Counted from the stretch's first letter, positions 46,010 to 55,493 are shown. The stretch is 64,000 nucleotides of DNA from Bdellovibrionales bacterium (GCA_965197855.1 OZ240230.1:1089266-1153265); one strand, 5' to 3'. The notes: generated by a model from the letters alone, not told the origin. Translations and numbers: made by a program.

Positions 46010-46053
46010 ATAATGCTTATAAATATTCCGATTAAGCCTGTGATAGGTGTACT

Positions 46054-47823
46054 ATGTCGCAGACTACAAGAAAACAATCACAACATAAAACTGCTTCCAT
46101 GGGTGAGCTTCTTGTTCAAAAGAAAATCATGAGCAAACAGCAGTTGGTAGAACTACAACAAAAGACAGGAGATAATGATAGAAAATTTTTATCTGTTCTA
46201 ACAGATATGGGTTATCTTTCTGAAACAGAAGTTGTATCATTTTTATCTGAACAGTATGGGTATCAAAGCATTGATATTGAAAATTTTGATATTTCTGAAA
46301 ATGTTCTAAAATTAGTACCTCAAAAATTTTGTGAGAAATATACAGTTATTCCTATATCTCGATTAGGAGACACCCTGGTGGTGGCTGTTGCAGATCCTGT
46401 AGATAGTATTTTAAAAGAACAGCTTTTATTTACCACAAAGTGTAAAATAGAATTTGTTTTATCGACGTCTACTGCTATTCGAAATGCGATTAATGCTTTT
46501 TATGCACAAAAGGAAGAGGGGATTCATAAGCTCTTTGCTGAGATTGAAGAATCCAGCATGAAGTTTCAAAAACGTTTAAATGCAGAGGCTGATACTGAAG
46601 ATGAGGAGGAGGCGGCTATTATCCATTTGGATGCCAACGATTCAGAGCCTGTCGTTCGTTTTGTGAATCATGTTATTATCAGTGCTCAAAATAAAAGAGC
46701 TTCTGATATTCACATTGAATCTTATGAGAAAAAATGTCGTGTACGTTTTCGTATTGATGGAAAACTTCATGAAATGTTTCATCCTCCTAAAACAATATCT
46801 CCATATATCATTAGCCGTATGAAAGTGATGTCTAACTTAGATATTGGAGAGCGCCGAAAACCCCAGGATGGACGTTTAAAAGTTAAAATGCAGCAAGGTA
46901 AAGAGTTGGATTTTCGTGTGTCTATTGCTCCTACAGTGAGCGGCGAAAAAATTGTGATGAGGGTTTTGGATGATTCAGCTATTTCTGTTGGTTTTCATGA
47001 TTTGGGTATGACTAAAATAGAGGCTTCTACCTTTCAAGAGGCATTGAATCAGCCTCAAGGTCTTATTCTTATTACAGGCCCTACAGGAAGTGGTAAAACT
47101 ACAACTATTTACTCAGGTTTGAATTTGTTAAATATTCCCGAGAGAAATATTTCAACAGCGGAAGATCCGGTAGAATATAAAATTGAAGGTTTAAATCAAG
47201 TGCAAATGCATGCAAAAATTGGATTAACTTTTGCTTCTGCTTTACGTGCTTTTTTAAGGCAAGATCCGGATGTGATTCTGGTGGGTGAGATTAGGGACTA
47301 TGAGACAGCTGAGATAGCTTTTAAAGCGGCGTCCACAGGGCACTTGGTGGTGAGTACTATTCATACGAATGATACACCATCCACTGTTACCAGGCTGTTG
47401 GATATCGGGATACCAGACTACAGTATAGCTGAAAATATCAGTTTAATTGTTGGGCAAAGGCTATTACGTAGAATATGTTCTCGGTGTATTATGTTAGACA
47501 ATGTCTCAAAGGATTCCTTAAAACAACTCGGATTCTCTGATAGTCAGATGGAAAAAGCTCAAGGAAAGATTAAAAAAGGTAAAGGGTGTCGTGTTTGCTC
47601 TAATATCGGATATAAAGGGAGAGTGGCTGTTTATGAAATGCTTAAAATCACCGATAATATAAAAAAGGGTATATTTGATAAAATGGTTCCTCTGGATTTG
47701 AAAAAACATGCGATAAAATCTGGGGAACTCAAAACACTTAGACGAAGTGGAATAGAGAAAATGATTCAAGGAGTAACAACTTTTGAAGAAGTTTTATATG
47801 GAACAGTAGGAGATTTTCGATGA
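46054..47823 (+). CDS. pilB: Type IV pilus assembly ATPase PilB (GspE family)
   Basis: 589 aa. The N-terminus SMGELLVQKKIMSKQQLVELQQK is MshEN-like, a possible c-di-GMP motif. It has a T2SSE_N domain, Walker A GPTGSGKTTT, the Asp and His boxes, and a tetracysteine motif CSRC...CRVC. Confidence 0.9.
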   Translation: MSQTTRKQSQHKTASMGELLVQKKIMSKQQLVELQQKTGDNDRKFLSVLTDMGYLSETEVVSFLSEQYGYQSIDIENFDISENVLKLVPQKFCEKYTVIPISRLGDTLVVAVADPVDSILKEQLLFTTKCKIEFVLSTSTAIRNAINAFYAQKEEGIHKLFAEIEESSMKFQKRLNAEADTEDEEEAAIIHLDANDSEPVVRFVNHVIISAQNKRASDIHIESYEKKCRVRFRIDGKLHEMFHPPKTISPYIISRMKVMSNLDIGERRKPQDGRLKVKMQQGKELDFRVSIAPTVSGEKIVMRVLDDSAISVGFHDLGMTKIEASTFQEALNQPQGLILITGPTGSGKTTTIYSGLNLLNIPERNISTAEDPVEYKIEGLNQVQMHAKIGLTFASALRAFLRQDPDVILVGEIRDYETAEIAFKAASTGHLVVSTIHTNDTPSTVTRLLDIGIPDYSIAENISLIVGQRLLRRICSRCIMLDNVSKDSLKQLGFSDSQMEKAQGKIKKGKGCRVCSNIGYKGRVAVYEMLKITDNIKKGIFDKMVPLDLKKHAIKSGELKTLRRSGIEKMIQGVTTFEEVLYGTVGDFR

Positions 47824-48896
47824 TTACTATGCTTCAATTATTTAAAACTGCGGTTTCTCAGGGAGCTTCTGATTTACACGTTTTGGCAGACAGCCCTCCT
47901 GTGTTGCGAGTCAATAGTCGTATCTCCAGAATTGATCATTCTTCTTTAACACCGGAACAAACTAAAGAGCTTTGTTTTTCTATCTTAAATGAAAATCAAA
48001 AAGCGGAATTTGAAAATAAAAGAGTTCTCGATTTTAGCTTTGCGGTGGGAGATCAATATCGTTTTAGGGGTCACCTGTATTTTCAAAAAGGAAGTATTGG
48101 GGGTGCTTTTCGATGTATTCCTACAGACATTCCTCAGCTAAAGACTTTAGGGCTTCCGAGTTCTGTGTTTGATATGCCTCGATACCCTCATGGCTTGGTG
48201 TTGGTAACAGGGCCTACGGGTTCAGGGAAAAGTACAACATTAGCCGCAATGGTTAAAGAAGTGAATCATATTAAAAGAGGACTCATTGTGACTGTTGAAG
48301 ATCCTATTGAGTATGTACATACACATGATAAATGTGTGATTTTGCAAAAAGAGTTAGGCACAGATATTTATACTTTTGGAGATGGGCTGAGGGCGGCCTT
48401 AAGGGAAGATCCTGATGTGTGTTTAGTGGGTGAGATGCGGGATAAAGAGACCATTACAACAGCCCTTCATACAGCAGAGACAGGTCACTTGGTTTTGTCT
48501 ACACTCCATACAAATACTGCTTTCGATGCTGTCGAAAGGGTGATTGGTGTATTTGGCGGTGAGGAAAAAGCTCTCATTCGAAATCAATTGAGTAACTCTT
48601 TAAGGGCTGTTCTTTGCCAAAGACTTTTGCCGACAATGGATGGACGCGGTCGTGTCTTATGTTATGAATTAATGTATGCAACAGTAGGTGTAAGAAATTT
48701 AATTCGTGAAGGAAAACAACACCAGCTTTATTCTCTAATGTTGACACAACAGCAGGAAGGTATGGTGACTTTTAATCAATGTTTGGCAAGGCTTGTGAAA
48801 TCCAATAAAATTTCTATTGAAACAGCTTTGGAATCAACTTCGATGCCTAAGGAATTGGAAACTTTAATTAAACGTTCTATCACAGAAGTAGCTTAG
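47820..48896 (+). CDS. pilT: Twitching motility ATPase PilT
   Basis: 358 aa. ASDLHV, GPTGSGKSTT, EDPIEY and GHLVLSTLHTN are present. ATGA overlap with pilB. Confidence 0.9.
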   Translation: MITMLQLFKTAVSQGASDLHVLADSPPVLRVNSRISRIDHSSLTPEQTKELCFSILNENQKAEFENKRVLDFSFAVGDQYRFRGHLYFQKGSIGGAFRCIPTDIPQLKTLGLPSSVFDMPRYPHGLVLVTGPTGSGKSTTLAAMVKEVNHIKRGLIVTVEDPIEYVHTHDKCVILQKELGTDIYTFGDGLRAALREDPDVCLVGEMRDKETITTALHTAETGHLVLSTLHTNTAFDAVERVIGVFGGEEKALIRNQLSNSLRAVLCQRLLPTMDGRGRVLCYELMYATVGVRNLIREGKQHQLYSLMLTQQQEGMVTFNQCLARLVKSNKISIETALESTSMPKELETLIKRSITEVA

Positions 48897-48909
48897 GGGG
48901 GAGTGAGAC

Positions 48910-50127
48910 ATGCCTGTATATCAATTTAGAGCCAAAGACCCCAGTAGACGTGTTGTACAAGGTCGCGTTAAGGCAAATTCAAAAGATGAAGTCGAACGTA
49001 AATTAATGTCCAGACAATTGGTGTTAATTAGTGCATCTGTTCAAGATACAAAGAAGTCCTTTAATTTGTTAGAAATAAATATTGGGGGGATTAGTCATAA
49101 AAAAGTTGTTTTGGCCACCCGACAGCTGGCTTTCCTTGTCAAAGCCAGTGTTCCTATTGCTCAAGCTTTGGATATCGTAGGAAAGAATACAGATGATGCT
49201 CCTTTAAGGAAAATTTTTGAAGAGCTTGCTCAAGGTATTATAGCAGGAAAATCTTTTTCTGGTTCATTATCAGCATACCCAAATGTGTTTGATGAATTGT
49301 ATGTGAATATGGTTCGTGCGGGTGAAGAAGGGGGAAGTTTGGATGTTATGTTGAACCAATTAGCTACTTACATTGAGAAAACAGAGAGTATTAAAGGTCG
49401 AGTGAAGTCTTCAATGATGTATCCTGTGTTTGTGGGTATTGTGGCTATTCTTATTGTGATTGGGATGATTGTATATTTGGTTCCAAAGTTTGAAGAAATA
49501 TTTGCAGAAGCGGATCAAGAGCTTCCAGCCGTTACTCAATTGCTTGTGGATGCGAGCGATTTTATGAGAAATAACTCAGTACTGCTCATCATACTAGTGC
49601 TTGGTTTGGGTATTTCTTTTATGATGTTTATTAAGTCAGAATATGGTTGCAGAGTATGGGAAAGATTTTTAACGCACATTCCGGGTCTTGGAAATTTATT
49701 CGTCAAAAATAATGTAGCTCGATTTTCCCGTACTTTATCTTGTTTGTTATCTGCTGGGGGCAATATTGTCGAATCTATTAAAATTGCAGGTAAATCATCC
49801 GGAAGTGTGTTGATGAAAGATGCTTCAGTAAGGGTTTCTGATTCTGTAGAGAGGGGATTTAGACTGGGAAAGTCTCTGGCCAGTGAAAGTATCTTTCCTA
49901 GCTTGATGAGGAATATGATTGTTTCCGGAGAACAGACGGGTAATGTAGATGATATACTTATGAAAATTGCTGAATTTTGTGAAGAGCAAGTGGATGCCGC
50001 TGTCAATGGTATTATTAAGATGATTGAGCCAGTGATGATTGTGGGGGTGGCCTTGGTGATAGGATTTATAATTATTGCTCTTTATTTACCTATTTTCAAA
50101 ATGAGTGGAGCTTTGGCAGCAGGTTAG
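48910..50127 (+). CDS. pilC: Type IV pilus platform protein PilC (T2SSF family)
   Basis: 405 aa with duplicated T2SSF domains. Starts MPVYQFRAKD and ends ...ALYLPIFKMSGALAAG. Confidence 0.9.
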   Translation: MPVYQFRAKDPSRRVVQGRVKANSKDEVERKLMSRQLVLISASVQDTKKSFNLLEINIGGISHKKVVLATRQLAFLVKASVPIAQALDIVGKNTDDAPLRKIFEELAQGIIAGKSFSGSLSAYPNVFDELYVNMVRAGEEGGSLDVMLNQLATYIEKTESIKGRVKSSMMYPVFVGIVAILIVIGMIVYLVPKFEEIFAEADQELPAVTQLLVDASDFMRNNSVLLIILVLGLGISFMMFIKSEYGCRVWERFLTHIPGLGNLFVKNNVARFSRTLSCLLSAGGNIVESIKIAGKSSGSVLMKDASVRVSDSVERGFRLGKSLASESIFPSLMRNMIVSGEQTGNVDDILMKIAEFCEEQVDAAVNGIIKMIEPVMIVGVALVIGFIIIALYLPIFKMSGALAAG

Positions 50128-50128
50128 T

Positions 50129-51160
50129 ATGATGGTAGAGACACTGATTCCTTCTTGGGTTAACATTTTTCGTTCATTATTTCATGTTTCTTTATTTGTT
50201 ATGGGCTTGGCTTATGCTTTTGCTCAACCGTCGTTTTTAAATGCTGAGGTATGGGTGTTTATTTATTCCCTGGCTGGAGTGGCTTTAATTTTTGATGCTC
50301 TTATTTTTATTTTTCAAAAAGAGTTTAAAGCTTGGCCTATTATTTATTGTTTTGATGCTTTGTTTGTTGCTTTAATTATGTACCGCACGGGTTATGTGTT
50401 TTTTGGAGCTTTGTCTTTTATATGGCTTATCCATATTTTATTTGCTGGTTTGCAATTTCAATACAAGGGCTCTCTTTTGCAGGGGCTTTGGACTTCTTGT
50501 GTATTTACTTGGGTTCATTTTATTTCTCCTCACTTTTCATCTATTGATGGAGTCTTTTTTGCCTTCAACAATTTCCTTTTTCTTTTAATGGCTTTTTCAG
50601 CTGGATTTATGGGAACATATTTTTATCAGTGGATTTCTTCATTTCAAAATCTTTATTGGAAGATGCGACGTTCTTTCACTCACCCTCTCCGTCATTTTCA
50701 CTGGGATGCTTTCCTAGATGATGAAGAAGGATCTTCTTCTCATCAGGAAAAATTGAATGTCAATGAGTTAGTGCAAGAGGTGGTAGAGCATATCCATTCA
50801 CAAACAAAATTTCAGTCTGTTCAACATCATCTCTCTGATGTTTCTATTATTTTTGGAGATAGAAGTAAGTTGAAGAGGGTGATTATTAGTTTGATTCAAT
50901 GGTTTTTTCATACTTATAGTGATTTTCAAAAATTGAAAATAAAAACTTATAGTGATGGGTTATGGACTGTTATTCAATTGGAAAAATTAGGAGTGGCTCA
51001 AGCCAAAGAGCCTCTCCAAATTTTTAATTGGCTTAAGGGATTTAATTTAATCCAGAAAGTGATTGAGGAGCATGGGGGTCAGATTGAGGTTTCTAATAAA
51101 ATGAATTCTTTGTATATCCGACTTCCAAGTGGTGAAGATACAACACAACAGGTCAGTTAA
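50129..51160 (+). CDS. PilS-like polytopic membrane sensor with a degenerate kinase core
   Basis: ATG 50129 lies 1 nt after the pilC stop. About six TM segments are followed by a short cytoplasmic part. SFTHPLRHF is a weak H-box-like string. No clear N-box or DxGxG G1 box was seen, although the C-terminus IEEHGGQIEVSNKMNSLYIRLP resembles the end of an HATPase_c domain. Confidence 0.45.
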   Translation: MMVETLIPSWVNIFRSLFHVSLFVMGLAYAFAQPSFLNAEVWVFIYSLAGVALIFDALIFIFQKEFKAWPIIYCFDALFVALIMYRTGYVFFGALSFIWLIHILFAGLQFQYKGSLLQGLWTSCVFTWVHFISPHFSSIDGVFFAFNNFLFLLMAFSAGFMGTYFYQWISSFQNLYWKMRRSFTHPLRHFHWDAFLDDEEGSSSHQEKLNVNELVQEVVEHIHSQTKFQSVQHHLSDVSIIFGDRSKLKRVIISLIQWFFHTYSDFQKLKIKTYSDGLWTVIQLEKLGVAQAKEPLQIFNWLKGFNLIQKVIEEHGGQIEVSNKMNSLYIRLPSGEDTTQQVS

Positions 51161-51161
51161 A

Positions 51162-52433
51162 ATGAAGAATGTGGATGCAACAAAAATGGTTTTGGTTATT
51201 GATGCTGACCCACATATTCACTCTTTGTTTAAAGCCTTATGTCATCAAATATCTATTCCAATCGAATTAACTCTTGCAGATCATTTTGATCGTGCTAAAA
51301 GTTTGTTAAATAACAAAAGTTTTCACGTTGTCATTGCTGATTCAGCTTTGGTTTCTCAAAAGGACTGGGTTTTTTCTATCCCTATTTTGTGGATGGGTGA
51401 TAGATATGGCAAGGATGAGAACTATATTAGAAAGCCTTTTTCCATAACAGATGTTAAAATGAGAATTGAGAAACTTCTTTGTAGTTTCAATAATATAGAA
51501 ATTATAGGGTCATCGATACAACAACTTTTAGATCAAATGGTACAAGTTGCTTCTTACGATACTTCGATTCTTCTGACAGGGGAGAGTGGTACGGGTAAAG
51601 AGTTATTTGCTCGTTTTATCCATCAGAATAGCAAGAGATCTTTAAATAATTTTATAACTGTTCATTGTGGGGCTATTTCAGAAAATTTAATGGAATCAGA
51701 ATTTTTCGGACATAAAAAAGGCAGTTTTACAGGAGCTGTTTCTGATAAAAAAGGTTTTTTTGAGATCTCTCATAAGGGAACTTTGTTTTTAGATGAACTG
51801 GGAGATTTGCCTTTGCATTTACAGGCTAAATTACTTCGTGTTGTTCAAGATAAAAAGGTGCGACCTGTGGGATCATTGGAGGAGTATGAGGTAGACGTAC
51901 GAATTATTTCTGCTACTAATCAAAATTTGGAGCAAATGATTCAAAAACAAATATTTCGTGAAGATTTATTTCATCGTTTAGCGGTCATTTATTTGAATCT
52001 GCCTCCATTAAGAGAAAGAAGAGAGGATATTCCTCTTTTAGCTCAATATTTTTTAGAAAAAAATAAGAAAAATTATAAGAAAAAAAATCTAAAATTTTCC
52101 AAAGAGGCTTTTGAGTATTTACAAGAGTATAAATATCCTGGAAATATTAGAGAGTTGGAAAATATGATTGAAAAAGCTGTTTTGTTTTCTACAGGGGATC
52201 TCATTGATAAGAAAGATTTATCTCTCCGAGAGAACAAAGAGGCAAGCAATGTACTTAATTTTGCATTTCCTTCAGAGGGGATGGACTTAATTCATGTTAT
52301 GCGTCAAGCAGAAAAACAAATCCTTTCGGAAGCTATTCATCGATCCAAGGGGAATCGAGAGGAAGCCGCTCAACTATTGAAAATCACTCCCAGATCCTTG
52401 AAACATCGGATTCATAAATATAAACTAGCTTAA
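51162..52433 (+). CDS. Sigma-54-dependent response regulator (PilR-like)
   Basis: The track start GTG 51129 was replaced by ATG 51162. Receiver (VLVIDADP..., VVIADSAL, IRKPF), AAA+ domain GESGTGKELFARFIH, the GAFTGA variant GSFTGA, and a C-terminal Fis-type HTH (NREEAAQLLKITPRSLKHRIHKY). Confidence 0.8.
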   Translation: MKNVDATKMVLVIDADPHIHSLFKALCHQISIPIELTLADHFDRAKSLLNNKSFHVVIADSALVSQKDWVFSIPILWMGDRYGKDENYIRKPFSITDVKMRIEKLLCSFNNIEIIGSSIQQLLDQMVQVASYDTSILLTGESGTGKELFARFIHQNSKRSLNNFITVHCGAISENLMESEFFGHKKGSFTGAVSDKKGFFEISHKGTLFLDELGDLPLHLQAKLLRVVQDKKVRPVGSLEEYEVDVRIISATNQNLEQMIQKQIFREDLFHRLAVIYLNLPPLRERREDIPLLAQYFLEKNKKNYKKKNLKFSKEAFEYLQEYKYPGNIRELENMIEKAVLFSTGDLIDKKDLSLRENKEASNVLNFAFPSEGMDLIHVMRQAEKQILSEAIHRSKGNREEAAQLLKITPRSLKHRIHKYKLA

Positions 52434-52441
52434 ATAAGCTT

Positions 52442-53713
52442 ATGTTTACTTATTTAAGATATTCATGCTGTCTTTTCTTATTATTTGGCTCATTTTGTGT
52501 CTTATCTGAAAAGCCATTATCCAGAGAGCAGGTTCTTCAAGAACTTTCAAAGGCTTACACACAATCTAAGTATATCAGTAAAGCCAGACTCTATTCCTTA
52601 GAGGTGCGATTAGCTGAAGTTACTTTAGAGAAGGTAAAGGGTATGGAGTTTATTCGAGCTTCTTCTCAGGACTATAGGTTAAAAGATGAGATTATGCAGT
52701 CTATTTATCTTTATAAGAAAGCTTTAAATCGAGTAGACGATGGCGAAGAAAAATCCAAAATTTTATTCCGTATTGGTTATTTATATGAAGTGCTTGCCTC
52801 TTATTCGCAAGCTTTAGATTCTTACAAACAGGTTTTATCTGCTAGTAAAAATCGTAAAAGAATATCGAAAGCTCGTTACTTATCTCGTCAAATGCAAAAA
52901 AATTTGAAAACCAAAGACAAGAAAATAAATGCTATGTATCAGCAGACATCTTCGGAAAAAAAGAGTCCTTTAGAGGATGCTTTATCTAAGACGAGGCACT
53001 ACTTAAGTATTCATCATTGGGACAAAGTTGTACATTATTTTGATAAAGCTTGTCAGCTTTATTTACAAAATCAATCTTGTAATCATAGTTCATGTAAGCA
53101 TTCTCCAGAGGTTATTAAGAGTTTAATTTATACGGCTCATAATGAGAAAGTGAACAAAAATGTTATTCAATTATATAACATTTACCTTTCTTATTTTCCC
53201 ATGGACTCAATTATGGTGTTGTCTGCCGCTGAATGGGCGGCCAGAATGGGTCAATATGATCAATCTTTAAGTTTTTATCAACGTCATATCTTATTTGAAC
53301 AAAGATTTATTAGATTTTATTTAAAAGAAAGTGAAAGAAAGGAGAAATTTATTCATCTTGAGAATTTATTTCATTTATACCACTCTTTAGCTCAGCTTTC
53401 TCAAGATCCACGTTTAGAAATTCAAGCTTATAATTTTTATTTAAAACATAGTGTATTGAGAAAATCGGTCTTTGAAATTCGATACTTAAAAAACAAGGCA
53501 TTATTTCGTATGGGTGAGTATAATCAAACAGCTCCTATATTTCGTGAGATTGCTTTATCCGCTTATCCAGATGAACGTCTGAAAAGTGAAGCCGCTGTTT
53601 TTGCTTTAAGGGCTTTGTTGAAACTTAATCGCGATGTGACTGCTAAAAAATGGGCAGATGAATTTTCTACTTCTTTTCCCGATAAGAGATCTAAGTTTCA
53701 AAAAATTATTTAA
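52442..53713 (+). CDS. Secreted TPR-like repeat protein
   Basis: 423 aa with a signal peptide (CCLFLLFGSFCVLS). Helical repeat segments are present, e.g. LFRIGYLYEVLASYSQALDSYKQVL. Occupies the slot after the pilR-like gene. Confidence 0.4.
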   Translation: MFTYLRYSCCLFLLFGSFCVLSEKPLSREQVLQELSKAYTQSKYISKARLYSLEVRLAEVTLEKVKGMEFIRASSQDYRLKDEIMQSIYLYKKALNRVDDGEEKSKILFRIGYLYEVLASYSQALDSYKQVLSASKNRKRISKARYLSRQMQKNLKTKDKKINAMYQQTSSEKKSPLEDALSKTRHYLSIHHWDKVVHYFDKACQLYLQNQSCNHSSCKHSPEVIKSLIYTAHNEKVNKNVIQLYNIYLSYFPMDSIMVLSAAEWAARMGQYDQSLSFYQRHILFEQRFIRFYLKESERKEKFIHLENLFHLYHSLAQLSQDPRLEIQAYNFYLKHSVLRKSVFEIRYLKNKALFRMGEYNQTAPIFREIALSAYPDERLKSEAAVFALRALLKLNRDVTAKKWADEFSTSFPDKRSKFQKII

Positions 53714-53720
53714 TCATTTA

Positions 53721-55493
53721 TTAAGATACTTTTTTCAATAAACTACCATCTTCATAATAAGAAGATAAAGATTGAACTATTTGTTCAATGGCATGTAGGC
53801 ATTTAATAGGAAGTATACGTGTTTTAGAGATGCCTAAATAAACTCCCAACATATTTTGTTTATTGGTGTCCAAGAAAGGGATAAGCACGACATGTTTAGG
53901 TAGTGTTTCAAAACCCCATTGATTAAAGAAAGAATTATTAGCCAATACTGGAGCTAAGTGTCCAAAATAAGCCTGTTTACTTACATGAACAATACGGAAA
54001 ATAGAGGGTTTTTGGATAGTGCCTTGTGCTTTCTTTTGATCTTGTAAATTAGAACTCCATTTATAAGGTATGTATGCATCTTTTTTGAATACAAAAAGTA
54101 TATAAGAATTTACATAATGCTTTGTTTCTTCTAAAGCTCGCCTGAGAGGGTTGAGTTGATCTAATGAAGTTACTTTCTTTTGGTCCAATATAAGAAAAGA
54201 TCTTGATGTGTTTTGTGTAGAATCCTTTAATTCGTTTTCCACGATCTCTTCTTTTAAGGATGGAGTTGCAGTTGTTGAGGGGATGTTATTTATTTTATCG
54301 TCTTCAGTGTTTAAAGTGATGGGTGCTGGGGCTTCTTCTTTTTCTGAAGAGAAGTCAGAGGAAGTCTTTGGTGGTGGGTTAGTGCCTTCACTTTTTGAAG
54401 CGATAGGTGTTGGGGGTTCTTCTTCTTCTGAAGAAGATGGAGAAAGTTTCTGGGTGGTGGGCGGAGTATTGTCAGATGCATTGTTACTCTCTGTTTCCAA
54501 AGCAATAGGTTTTGGCATGTCGTCTTTTTTATGTTTGTCATGTTTACTTTCTTCACTTTCGTCATTTCCAAGAAAGTTGAGGTCTTCCTTTACTTTGCTA
54601 AGTTTTTCATTATCTTCAGTTGTAAGAGCAATGGGTTTTGGAATTCCATCTGTTTCTGGAAGTGTTTTTTGTGAAACAGAAGGAGTGTTTAATGGTGGCT
54701 TATCATCTTCTGTTTTTAAAGTGATAGGTGTTGGAATTTCATTTTTTTCATTATGTTTTTTTTCTTCTTCTCTACTTTCGTCACTCTCGAGAGAGTGCTG
54801 TACAGATTTCCCTGTACTTTCAATATCTACGATGTTTTGTTTATTATTTCCTATTTTTTTACCTTGTAAATGACGCTTTGTTTTTGAGGAAAGTTTTTTT
54901 TCCGGAGCGATGAAATGGATAAAAGACTTGATGAGGTCACTAAGGAACAACACTATAGATTTCGAGGGATTCATATATTCAAACTCAATACCATCATTAT
55001 CCATTTTTTTTAGGACAGGGTTTTTTGGTGTATTGAGAGTTTTCTCGTTTTGGAGAGGAGGTTGTGGTGTTATTGAGGTCACTTGTTTTTTTTGATGTGA
55101 CTCTTCTTCAGAGGGTTGTATGTTTTGCCATAAGGATTCCATATTCTTAAGCGATGTAATAAAGAAAACTGCTTGTTGACTAGTGTTGATTTGTTGTGGC
55201 TCCAGACAGGCAATATATAGAGTATTATTCCATTCGAAGCAGGGAATAGCTGATGAGGTGGCGATATTTAGTTTTTTAATTTTATCCAAGAAATTTGTCT
55301 CTGATGGATGTTCTGTAAAAAATGCATCTTCCATTATGGGAAGTCTATAATACTTGGAAGCCCATTCCTGATACTCTATCTCGTTAATAAGCTGATTTTT
55401 TAACGCTTCTTTAAGTGTACAGGAAGTTGAGAGTTGAAATTTTTCTTTCCATGCTTCTACAGGGCTCATATACTTAGAATCCTTGTTGATCAT
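53721..55493 (-). CDS. Hypothetical protein: GspE/PilB N-terminal-like domain, P-x-P-I repeat linker and GAF-like C-terminal domain
   Basis: 590 aa. The N-terminal segment LINEIEYQEWASKYYRLPIMEDAFF...SSAIPCFEWNNTLYIACLEPQQ parallels the in-window PilB segment YLSETEVVSFLSEQYGYQSIDIENF...YTVIPISRLGDTLVVAVADPVD. The middle has five PTPITLKTE, PKPIALTTE, PKPIALETE, PTPIASKSE and PAPITLNTE motifs. The C-terminal roughly 150 aa look GAF-like. Confidence 0.45.
   Translation of the reverse strand: MINKDSKYMSPVEAWKEKFQLSTSCTLKEALKNQLINEIEYQEWASKYYRLPIMEDAFFTEHPSETNFLDKIKKLNIATSSAIPCFEWNNTLYIACLEPQQINTSQQAVFFITSLKNMESLWQNIQPSEEESHQKKQVTSITPQPPLQNEKTLNTPKNPVLKKMDNDGIEFEYMNPSKSIVLFLSDLIKSFIHFIAPEKKLSSKTKRHLQGKKIGNNKQNIVDIESTGKSVQHSLESDESREEEKKHNEKNEIPTPITLKTEDDKPPLNTPSVSQKTLPETDGIPKPIALTTEDNEKLSKVKEDLNFLGNDESEESKHDKHKKDDMPKPIALETESNNASDNTPPTTQKLSPSSSEEEEPPTPIASKSEGTNPPPKTSSDFSSEKEEAPAPITLNTEDDKINNIPSTTATPSLKEEIVENELKDSTQNTSRSFLILDQKKVTSLDQLNPLRRALEETKHYVNSYILFVFKKDAYIPYKWSSNLQDQKKAQGTIQKPSIFRIVHVSKQAYFGHLAPVLANNSFFNQWGFETLPKHVVLIPFLDTNKQNMLGVYLGISKTRILPIKCLHAIEQIVQSLSSYYEDGSLLKKVS

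Noticed and set aside
49536-50006. A 156-aa minus-strand ORF.
   Set aside because: It is entirely antisense to the well-supported pilC gene. It is a shadow ORF.
54260-54750. Periodic DNA repeats, considered as a possible CRISPR-like or tandem-repeat array.
   Set aside because: The periodicity is irregular (about 100 to 135 nt) and lies within a continuous open frame. It corresponds to the protein-level P-x-P-I repeats, not to a repeat-spacer array. No CRISPR array was seen anywhere in the window.
54208-54873. A 221-aa plus-strand ORF, with smaller ones at 54311..54571, 54728..54913 and 54910..55095, inside the 590-aa gene.
   Set aside because: It is antisense to, or out of frame with, the repeat-linker region of 53721..55493. 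Low-complexity, stop-poor repeat DNA generates long shadow ORFs. The product (S/F/L/G-rich) has no start context or recognisable features.
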